A program made the position numbers and the translations under genes. The notes beneath the pieces are model-generated. The model did no database searches. It was not told the origin of the DNA and was given only the letters and a program-made list of their open reading frames with translations. From NCBI GenBank assembly GCA_964621615.1, contig CAZUMW010000003.1:19914-83913 (forward strand): a stretch of 64,000 nucleotides of DNA, in the 5' to 3' direction. Positions 30,972 through 39,335 of the stretch are shown here, piece by piece (position 1 is the first letter of the stretch; each line of letters begins with the position of its first letter). Source of the stretch: an uncultured Thermodesulfobacteriota bacterium. Lineage in GTDB: Bacteria > Desulfobacterota > WTBG01 > CAIYCZ01 > CAIRTM01.

Positions 30972-31363
30972 AAAAGCACCCTGCAACTGTTGTTTTCTTT
31001 AGTATACGATAATTAGCGGACCGGGCGCAAGTGAACTGCATTGCAAAATCTTTTCCGAAAAGTCTGCAATGGTATTAGCATAGAGTGAACCGCATCACAT
31101 TTTATGTGAAGTTTGGTAAAAAAAGTTTTTTATCAATCAGAATGAATAAAAAATAATAAACGTATCAATACACTGCTGTAGGCAGTCATTCTAAAAAGGG
31201 ACAAATAGTGCTTCCCTGATATTATGTGATGAGGCGTTTTTGCCATTGACTTTGAAGGTAAATTTTTTTAAGTCTTTAGAGACCGGTGTCGATAATTCAT
31301 AGAAATGCCGCGCGGCAGCTTGTTTTACCATTACTTGACGTGTAATTTACCGATTCGGGAGTA

Positions 31364-32026
31364 ATGTACATGCAAACACCATTTTATTTTTATACCGGCC
31401 TCAGCCTTGTGGAGCTTACCGGCAGACGCGCCCGCAATCTTCAGGACCTTTTGGACGAGCTTGAGTCTCTTCCGGGGTCATCGATCTATTATCACACGCA
31501 CCGCTTTTTGCTGCAGCACCATTACCTGGAATCAGAGCCGCTTAATGATTTTGCCTTCTGGATTATAAATATTTTACAGGAAGCGCTGCTTGGCGAGCGG
31601 GTTGCCAGCATCGATATCATGCAGTTTGCCAGCATACGGCAGATCCGCGAGCAGTTTATTGAGCTTATTGAAAATTACCTCAAAGAAAACAGGGAGCTGC
31701 GCACCGCCCCCCCGGGGCAGGAATTTCACTTCATGAAATGCCGCACCTTTGTGCTGCCCACACCGCACAGCGCCTCAAACCTTGAGGAGTTTGCCGAAAC
31801 CATCAAAAAAGTCAGCAGGCATTCGCTTTATTTCCATGTGTTTGAATCACGTCTGAGGGTGGAAAATGAGTGGAACGATTTTTCCTACTGGCTTGAATCA
31901 AATCTCGGCGAAAAGCAGCTTGCAGATAAAATTGCAGGACTTGACCCGTACACGCACACACTGGAAGGCCTGCGAAAAAAAATCTATTCGCTGGTGCAGG
32001 CCAGAATACAGGAAGGAGCACGCTGA
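31364..32026 (+). CDS. DUF5752-like protein (internally duplicated)
   Basis: Two repeats of S(I/L)Y(Y/F)H...NDF..W; precedes the TreT-like gene. Confidence 0.75.
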   Translation: MYMQTPFYFYTGLSLVELTGRRARNLQDLLDELESLPGSSIYYHTHRFLLQHHYLESEPLNDFAFWIINILQEALLGERVASIDIMQFASIRQIREQFIELIENYLKENRELRTAPPGQEFHFMKCRTFVLPTPHSASNLEEFAETIKKVSRHSLYFHVFESRLRVENEWNDFSYWLESNLGEKQLADKIAGLDPYTHTLEGLRKKIYSLVQARIQEGAR

Positions 32027-32027
32027 T

Positions 32028-33290
32028 ATGGAAGGAATCAGGGATTATGTCCCGGTTGTCGGACAGAGCATTATAGATGAGCTGTACCTTCTTGCTGAGC
32101 GCCTCGAGGGTAAAACCATTCAAACAATTAATTCCACTGCAGTCGGGGGCGGTGTAGCGGAAATTCTTAACCGCATGGTGCCGCTGATCAACGAGCTCGG
32201 CGTCAACATGTACTGGGATCTGATCAAAGGCGGTGAGAATTTTTTTAATGTGACAAAAAAATTCCACAATGCGCTGCACGGCCGCGACGAGGAAATTACC
32301 GACGACATGCTGGATATTTTTATGGACACCAGCATGCAGAATGTCGAACACATGAAGATGAACGGCGATATTATTCTTGTTCATGATCCGCAGCCGATTG
32401 TGTTAATAAAGAATAAGCATAAGCTGCCTGAAAGCCATTGGATCTGGCGATGCCACATTGATGTTTCCAATCCCGACCGGAAGCTGTGGCGGTTTTTGCG
32501 GCAGTTTATGATGGACTATGACGGATGCATCTTTTCCGCGCCGGTGTTTTCGCAGAGGCTTTCCGACATCGACACCGGCAGGCAGGTGCCTCAATTCCTC
32601 ATTTCTCCCTCTATTGATCCCCTGAGCGCAAAGAACAGGGAAATACCACGGGAGGCTATTGACGACGTTCTGGAAAAATACGGAATCAGCAACGGTAAGC
32701 CGATTGTTTCGCAGATATCGCGCTATGATTATCTGAAAGATCCTGTGGGCGTAATCAAGGCATTCAAGCTGGTCAAAAAGTATATCGATTGCCAGCTCGT
32801 GCTGGCGGGAAATGTTGCATCGGATGACCCTGAACACGACAAGGTTTTTTCCGAGGTTCGTGAGCACGCCGACGGCGATCCCGATATTCATCCGCTGGTG
32901 ATCGACCCTGCGCACAACGATATCGAAATAAACGCTCTTCAGCGTGCATCCGATGTCGTGGTTCAGAAATCACTTCAGGAAGGGTTTGCGCTGACGGTGA
33001 CTGAGGCTCTGTGGAAATCAAAGCCGGTTGTGGCAAGTGCGGTCGGCGGGATTCCTCTGCAGATAACTCATGAGCACTCCGGCATTCTCACGCGCACCAT
33101 CGAAGGCACGGCGCGGGCGATACGCCAGGTTCTCCAGTCGCCCGACTACGCAAAGCGCCTCGGCGAAAACGGCCACCTGCACATAAAGAACAATTTTCTC
33201 ATCACCAGGCACATACGTGATTATCTGCTGCTGTTTCTGTCCTGCTTTCATAAGGGGGATGTGGTCAGCTTTTATCCGTCGGGAGAGTAG
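32028..33290 (+). CDS. treT: GT4 glycosyltransferase, trehalose synthase TreT-like
   Basis: NSTAVGGGVAEIL, HNALHG, HDPQP, WRCHID, QKSLQEGFALTVTEALWK. Confidence 0.85.
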   Translation: MEGIRDYVPVVGQSIIDELYLLAERLEGKTIQTINSTAVGGGVAEILNRMVPLINELGVNMYWDLIKGGENFFNVTKKFHNALHGRDEEITDDMLDIFMDTSMQNVEHMKMNGDIILVHDPQPIVLIKNKHKLPESHWIWRCHIDVSNPDRKLWRFLRQFMMDYDGCIFSAPVFSQRLSDIDTGRQVPQFLISPSIDPLSAKNREIPREAIDDVLEKYGISNGKPIVSQISRYDYLKDPVGVIKAFKLVKKYIDCQLVLAGNVASDDPEHDKVFSEVREHADGDPDIHPLVIDPAHNDIEINALQRASDVVVQKSLQEGFALTVTEALWKSKPVVASAVGGIPLQITHEHSGILTRTIEGTARAIRQVLQSPDYAKRLGENGHLHIKNNFLITRHIRDYLLLFLSCFHKGDVVSFYPSGE

Positions 33291-33303
33291 GGCAATAGCA
33301 CGC

Positions 33304-35964
33304 TCACTGCCCATCAAGAACGCGCCTGACTGCCCGTGCAAGCTCGGAACGCGTGCTCGGCTTCGGGATAAATGATTTTACCCCGCTTTGTTTTATCCGC
33401 TCGCTGTCGATCATATCATTGTAACCTGTCATGAGAATCACCGGAATATCCGGACGGGCGGCAAGCACTTCAGCCGTCAGCCGGTCACCGGTAAGGCCCG
33501 GCATGGTGAGATCGGTGATAAGCAGGTCATAATCAGAGGGTGATTGATGGAACCGCTCCAGTGTTCTGATGCTGTCGGTCAATCCCTCTACCGTATAGCC
33601 GAGGTGCTCGAGCATCTCTTTCATTGTGTAGACAACAGACTCTTCATCATCGACAATAAGGATTCTCTCGATACCGCCCTGAATGTCAGCCGCTGTATGC
33701 TCGGTCTCGTCAGCTGCCCCCGGTTCTACTACCGGTAATACAACAGTAAACACGGTTCCTTTGCCCGGCTCGCTCTCAACCGATATTGCCCCGCCGTGGT
33801 CCCGTATGATGCCGTCGACAACCGATAATCCCAGGCCGGTACCTTTGTTTGTTTCTTTGGTGGTAAAAAACGGGTCAAAAATACGATCGATAATATCCGG
33901 TTCTATTCCGGGGCCGGTATCGCTGACAGTTAGCTGTACATAGTTTCCCGGCTTGATATTGTGAAAAAGCAGTGCCGCTTCTTTGTCCAGATAAACTGAA
34001 GAAAGGGTAATTTCCAGGACGCCGCCCGTTTCCTCCATAGCATGGACTGCATTGGTGCACAGGTTCATGCCGACCTGCTGCATCTGGGTCGCATCGGCCA
34101 TAACCGTACCGGCGTGTTCGTCAATAGCTGTTTTTATTTCTATATTTGCGGGAATGATATTGCGGAGCATATTCAGCTGTTCAATTAGTGATGGGTGTAC
34201 CTGATGCGGCATTTTGTTGACTGTGTTTTTGCGGCTGTAGGCGAGCATTTGCCTGACGATATCCCGTGCGCGCCCGCCCAGCTTCAGTATGCTGTCAAGA
34301 AATGTATATGCAGCGCTGTCCGGCGATATTTTATCTTTAGCCAGTTCGGCATACCCCATTATGCCGGCGAGAATGTTATTGAAATCATGTGCGACACCCC
34401 CGGCGAGGGTGCCGACCGCTTCCATTTTTTGTGAATGATATAATTGCTGCTCTATTTTTTTATCGTGGGTGACGTCACGGTTGATGGAGCTGTAAAATGT
34501 CTGACCGGCAATTTCCCAACACGACACCGAGCTGCTGACATACAGTTCTGACCCGTCTTTTCTTTTCGTGACTGATAAAAAAGTCTCCCCCGGCTGCGGT
34601 AAGGTCTTTTTCCTGAAACGCTCGTCGTCCTGATTGCGTTTTTCCGGAGAGACCAGCTTGGTTACCTGCTTGCCTGTCAGCTCCTCCGGCTTGTAACCGA
34701 ACACCGTTTGCGTTGCGGGGTTGCAGGATATGACCGTCCCCTGACTGTCGGTAATAATGATAGAATCGGCAGAGGAGTTGAAAATCGCCCTGAACTGTTC
34801 CTCAACCTTTTTCAGTTCAGTAATGTCATAAATTATTGCACAGAAATAAAACTTTCCCTCGTTCTGCCAGCTTGAAAGGGTAAGCTCCAGCGGGAACACG
34901 GTGCCGTCTTTTCGCCGGGCATAGGAGCGGCCCGCCGATTCGAATACCGGCGATTCTCTGATGTCATCATACGCTTCAAATGCATTGTCTTTTGATTGTT
35001 TTTCATTGTCCAGCAGAAGAATGTCCACCGAATGGCCTAAAATTTCCTTTTCAGTGTAGCCGAATATTTTCTGTGAGGCTTTATTCCAGTAGATGATTGT
35101 TCCATCTTCGTCGGTCAGGAAAATAGAAGCAGAGGTATGCTCAGCGACAGCCCGAAACTGCGCCTCACTCTCCCTGAGATCGTTTTCGGCACGCCGTTTG
35201 TCGGTAATGTCCCTGAGAAACGCAAAAAAGCACTCCTCAAACTCTGATTGATATTGAACGCTCACCTCAACATGTATAATGTCACCATCTTTTCTGCGGT
35301 GTCTGGTTTCAAAGCGGTCTTCACCCAGCGCTTGTATGTTCTGGCTGCGCGCCAGAATAGCTTCCGGTGTTTCAGTTGCTTCCAAATCAGCGATGTTCAT
35401 GTCCAGAAGTTCATGCTTGGTGTAGCCGGTCATGTTACAGTAGGCATCATTTACTTCTTTCAGGCGTCCGTTGGCATCCATTAAAATAAATCCATCCATG
35501 GCAGTTTGCAGTATTTTTCTGTGTTTTTTCTCGCGTGCCTGCAACGCCTCCTCAGCCTGTTTGCGCTCTGTGATATCCAGATGTGTCCCGCATGCTCTAA
35601 CCGGTCTGCCCCGGTTATCCCACTCGATAACCTTCCCTCGGGACAGCACCCACACCCATTGGCCGGACTTGTGCAGCATCCGGAACTCCGCTTCATAATA
35701 TGGGGTTTTCCCCTCTACATGGGCATCGAGGCTATCCTCTGCGTTCGGGAAATCGTCCGGGTGAACCAGCTTTTTCCAACTGCTCAAAGTGGGCGTTATT
35801 TCGTGCAGAGCGTATCCCACCATTTCTGTCAGGCGTTCGTTGTACTGTACATCATTTGTTTTCAGGTTCCAGTCCCAGGTTCCCAGATCAGCGCCCATCA
35901 ACGCCAAGCTCAGCTGCTCTTCCCTTTTCAGAAGTTCCTGTTCGACCTGTCTGCGTTCGGTCAT
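33304..35964 (-). CDS. Cytoplasmic hybrid histidine kinase with four PAS domains and a receiver
   Basis: PAS/PAC repeats, AGGVAHDFNNIL, DPFFTTK, GTGLGL, ILIVDDE; start uncertain. Confidence 0.93.
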   Translation of the reverse strand: MTERRQVEQELLKREEQLSLALMGADLGTWDWNLKTNDVQYNERLTEMVGYALHEITPTLSSWKKLVHPDDFPNAEDSLDAHVEGKTPYYEAEFRMLHKSGQWVWVLSRGKVIEWDNRGRPVRACGTHLDITERKQAEEALQAREKKHRKILQTAMDGFILMDANGRLKEVNDAYCNMTGYTKHELLDMNIADLEATETPEAILARSQNIQALGEDRFETRHRRKDGDIIHVEVSVQYQSEFEECFFAFLRDITDKRRAENDLRESEAQFRAVAEHTSASIFLTDEDGTIIYWNKASQKIFGYTEKEILGHSVDILLLDNEKQSKDNAFEAYDDIRESPVFESAGRSYARRKDGTVFPLELTLSSWQNEGKFYFCAIIYDITELKKVEEQFRAIFNSSADSIIITDSQGTVISCNPATQTVFGYKPEELTGKQVTKLVSPEKRNQDDERFRKKTLPQPGETFLSVTKRKDGSELYVSSSVSCWEIAGQTFYSSINRDVTHDKKIEQQLYHSQKMEAVGTLAGGVAHDFNNILAGIMGYAELAKDKISPDSAAYTFLDSILKLGGRARDIVRQMLAYSRKNTVNKMPHQVHPSLIEQLNMLRNIIPANIEIKTAIDEHAGTVMADATQMQQVGMNLCTNAVHAMEETGGVLEITLSSVYLDKEAALLFHNIKPGNYVQLTVSDTGPGIEPDIIDRIFDPFFTTKETNKGTGLGLSVVDGIIRDHGGAISVESEPGKGTVFTVVLPVVEPGAADETEHTAADIQGGIERILIVDDEESVVYTMKEMLEHLGYTVEGLTDSIRTLERFHQSPSDYDLLITDLTMPGLTGDRLTAEVLAARPDIPVILMTGYNDMIDSERIKQSGVKSFIPKPSTRSELARAVRRVLDGQ

Positions 35965-36399
35965 AATCGGCCACCTGAAATAGTTGCAGTAAGGAATAAT
36001 CACCACGCACAGAGAGGGCCATCCGGTTTGCATGATACGTGCGGGATATCACTGAAATGGGGTATATGTTCAATGTGCCTGTGTACCCTGTGTCAACGGA
36101 AAGCCTTTCCCTGCACGTTCCAGAAACAGTAGAGTATATTTATATCTGAAGTTCTTTTTGATTACACCCTAACGCAATATCATATTTACTATCGGAACAA
36201 AAAAACAAAAATTAAAACAGATAATTTTATTTTTACATAAAACAAGATCAACCTGTTTTTTTTAAGGTGTTTGAAGCATTTTTGCGGTTCTCATTGCAAA
36301 CGTATAGGAGAACGTTTGAAGGAGAAAGCATTTTGCCAGCGCACCGAATTTTCCTGAAATAGTTCTCATTCGTACATACTTTAAAGACGATTTCAGAAA

Positions 36400-36437
36400 G
36401 CAGGCCGGACATTTTTTTTGTCCGGCAATAATAACTG
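36400..36437 (+). repeat. REP-like palindrome, copy 1
   Basis: GCAG-GCCGGACA-T7-TGTCCGGC-AATAATAACTG; matches the copies at 45136 and 48587. Confidence 0.8.
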
Positions 36438-36725
36438 AATTTCAGCTGCAACGGTGATGACCTTACCGGCATTACCGAGGCTGCCGGCCGAAAGAGAGAA
36501 GTTGAGTGCCGGGACGGTAAAATACCAAGGATCATTTACCCTGACGGCGATAGCTCGTGGACATATAATTATGAGGGTGATTATCTTATCAGTGCCGTTT
36601 ATAAGGCAGTACGTAGAGTGGGCGAACCCAAGCAGAAGCCACCATTGCAGGGCCTGCTCAGCGCGGATCTCCTGGGGAAAATCGAATGGATTAAGACTCC
36701 AATTGAGGGTGCAATCAATTTTTGA
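36435..36725 (+). pseudogene. RHS/YD-repeat-like fragment without ATG start
   Basis: Open frame reads NGDDLTGITEAAGRKR...DGKIPRIIYPDGDSSWTYNYEGDYL. Confidence 0.45.
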
Positions 36726-36809
36726 CTTACCTATAAATCAAGGCATTATGACACATCCTGTTCCAGATGCCGGCCATGCTGTGTTGTGTGACACACGTTA
36801 AATCAGGCG

Positions 36810-37640
36810 CTACTTCACCTCAGCCTGTATTTCTCCGACAGTCGTTTCCGCGCTGATCCAGCCGTCGCCCGTGCCGAGGGTGAACGTCGCCGTTGATCCG
36901 GTACCATCGCTGCTCTGCTCATACTCATCGATTCCGCTGACGGAAATGCTGCCGACTTCTGTTGTCAGATCGACGATGCAGGAGAGATTTTGCGAAAGGC
37001 CGATATCGATTGCGCCGGTGGCGGTTTGTGCCGAACCGTTGACAGCGCCGGAACCCGTCACATACACGCTGATGTTCCCTGCCGAGGTCTCCATGTCGAA
37101 GCTGTCACCCGAGAAGGAGTCGATATCGATGGCCCCGGCCTCGGATAGCACCGTCAGATCACCCTCCGCCTGCTGGACGGAGACCGAACCCGCGGCTGCC
37201 GTGATATAGCCGCCGGTAATGTGTTCACAGTTTACAAGGCCCGCTTCAGTGTCGATGGTAACTCTTTTCTTCGACATGTTGCTGAAGGTGATAGCAGCTC
37301 CGCCTGCTGCAAACGGCGGCCCGCCCCCGTCGTCCCAGGGCGTATTTACGGTCACGCTGCAGGTGTCGCCGTCGCGCTCAACTGTGACTTCGATTTGTTC
37401 AAGCACTGCCCGCGCAGCAGATTCTGATAGGGCGCTGACCTGTTTCTCGACGGTCAGGCTGATCTCGCTTGCGTTGTCTGCGCTTTCATCAGTCCTGATA
37501 GTTATGGTGCCCGCCGTATTGCTGACGTACAGCGAGCTGAAATCGTTTGTTGTTGTATACGTTTCCGTTTCGGTTTCCTGGACACGTTTGCAGGCTGACA
37601 GTAAAAGACCAAGCATACAGATAATAACGGCTTTTTTCAT
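36810..37640 (-). CDS. DUF4097-like beta-strand-repeat lipoprotein
   Basis: Lipobox LSAC; repeated TxxGxI motifs. Confidence 0.85.
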   Translation of the reverse strand: MKKAVIICMLGLLLSACKRVQETETETYTTTNDFSSLYVSNTAGTITIRTDESADNASEISLTVEKQVSALSESAARAVLEQIEVTVERDGDTCSVTVNTPWDDGGGPPFAAGGAAITFSNMSKKRVTIDTEAGLVNCEHITGGYITAAAGSVSVQQAEGDLTVLSEAGAIDIDSFSGDSFDMETSAGNISVYVTGSGAVNGSAQTATGAIDIGLSQNLSCIVDLTTEVGSISVSGIDEYEQSSDGTGSTATFTLGTGDGWISAETTVGEIQAEVK

Positions 37641-37982
37641 AACGCACCCCCGATGGCTGTTCTCAGCAGCAATTTTCTGAACTCATGTTGTTTCCGCTCA
37701 GGCGTTTTTGGGCACAATTTTAAATTATAATTCACGTTATTGCAAACACTTAGCTTAGTCCGACCCCGGTATGGCCGCACCATGGGGGCCTTATTCTGTG
37801 AAGGTGCGTTTTGTGGATTGCTTATGTTTAATCGGTCTTCCGAACTGACGAATGCATAAGTAAAAACAAAGCCCCTGAATCCACTCGCTGCGGCATAAGT
37901 GCCGATTCCTCAAATTTGCGAATAGCCTCGCGTAAAATTCGAGGAACAGCGCTTCCCCAAAAGCAGTGCCTGCTGTTTTATA

Positions 37983-38011
37983 TTGACATAGCCCCGATAA
38001 CCGCCTACACT
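37983..38011 (+). promoter_or_regulatory. Candidate sigma70 promoter of the DUF166-like gene
   Basis: TTGACA-N17-TACACT. Confidence 0.55.
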
Positions 38012-38055
38012 TTTCGCTTCGAATACAGATTAACAGAACAGGGCAGCCGTTCGAA

Positions 38056-38820
38056 ATGAAAATTCTTGTTATTGTTCAGGGCGCCTACGGCGAGCGTATT
38101 GTCGACAATCTGAAAAACCGCGCGCCTGCCGAGTGGGAAATAGTTTCTGTTCAGTTAACGCCCGGGCTTCCGCACATCATCGATCACCCTGCAGACTTTC
38201 TGCCGCCCGACATTCCCGGGTGTGACCTGCTGCTTTTTTTGAGCGAGTCGGACGCATCGGCCCAGCTCATTCCCGAAATAGCCAGGCAGGCACGTGCAAA
38301 AGGCGTTATTGCACCGGTTGAAAACTCCGACTGGCTTTCCCAGGGGCTGAAGGGACAGGTGCAGCGGGAGCTCGAGCGAGCCGGCATCGGAAGCGCGTTT
38401 CCAAAAAATTTCTGCACATTGACCCGGAGCACCTACGGCTACCGTGGCAGGGCCGAATCCTATGACTGCCCGGTCATATCGCAGTTCGCAGAACACTTCG
38501 GGCAGCCCGAATTTAAAGTCGAAGTGGACCATCGGGGAGTCATTAAAAACATCACGGTCACGCGCTGTTCTGCCTGCGGAGCAACCTATCACGCCGTCAA
38601 CAAAGTAATCGGCAAGCATGTGGATGAAGTCATTCCCAATGCGGGCCTGCTCAGCATGCAGTTCCCCTGTCTGGCTTCAATGCAGATGGAACATATCGAC
38701 AAAGATCTGTACAACACCCTCATGCATCTTTCAGGGCAGATATTCAACGACCAGCTTGAGCCGCACATCGAGCCGTATTACTCAGAAAATCGACGCAAAA
38801 AAAAGGGGGAGGAAGGGTAG
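38056..38820 (+). CDS. DUF166-family protein
   Basis: G.YGERI, PKNFCTL, FGQP, RCSACGAT, FPCLASM. Confidence 0.75.
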   Translation: MKILVIVQGAYGERIVDNLKNRAPAEWEIVSVQLTPGLPHIIDHPADFLPPDIPGCDLLLFLSESDASAQLIPEIARQARAKGVIAPVENSDWLSQGLKGQVQRELERAGIGSAFPKNFCTLTRSTYGYRGRAESYDCPVISQFAEHFGQPEFKVEVDHRGVIKNITVTRCSACGATYHAVNKVIGKHVDEVIPNAGLLSMQFPCLASMQMEHIDKDLYNTLMHLSGQIFNDQLEPHIEPYYSENRRKKKGEEG

Positions 38821-39308
38821 GACGTTGCTTCTGGCATTTCGAGCGTGCACATAAAACCTTATCACTGCACCCCCGGAACTTCTCGTCGATGCAGAGGTAA
38901 GACCGTTAATCCCGCGGATTGCTCATGATCATCACCGTGCTCGGTCATACTTTCATCCAAGACCCTATATCATCAGGAAAAGAGCTGCGATTCCTGTAAG
39001 GGACAAGCGGCGCCGCGTACCACGGGCTATGCTCAAAGCACGCCCGTGTAAGAGCCGGTTCTTTCCGATTTTCTTTGAACTTTTTTTATCGGCAAGCATT
39101 CTGCTTGGACGGTACACCCCAAAAACTGCTGTTTATTGGTCTCGCTGCATATCATGTTCACCAGTCGCGCGGCAACAGGTATTTTATGACTTGTCGGTTT
39201 GCGCCGCATGGTAGAAATTGAAATGGCCGGTCAGCCTGCATTGCAAGCATATCCAGAAAATTGCACTTCGTCCCGTCAACCCACACAACAGCCGTATATT
39301 TAATATTT

Positions 39309-39322
39309 AAGATGTGACCCTT
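39309..39322. repeat. Solo copy of the terminal repeat of the 44.0-44.2 kb element
   Basis: AAGATGTGACCC identical to 44214-44225. Confidence 0.5.
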
Positions 39323-39335
39323 GTGCCCTTTTGTT

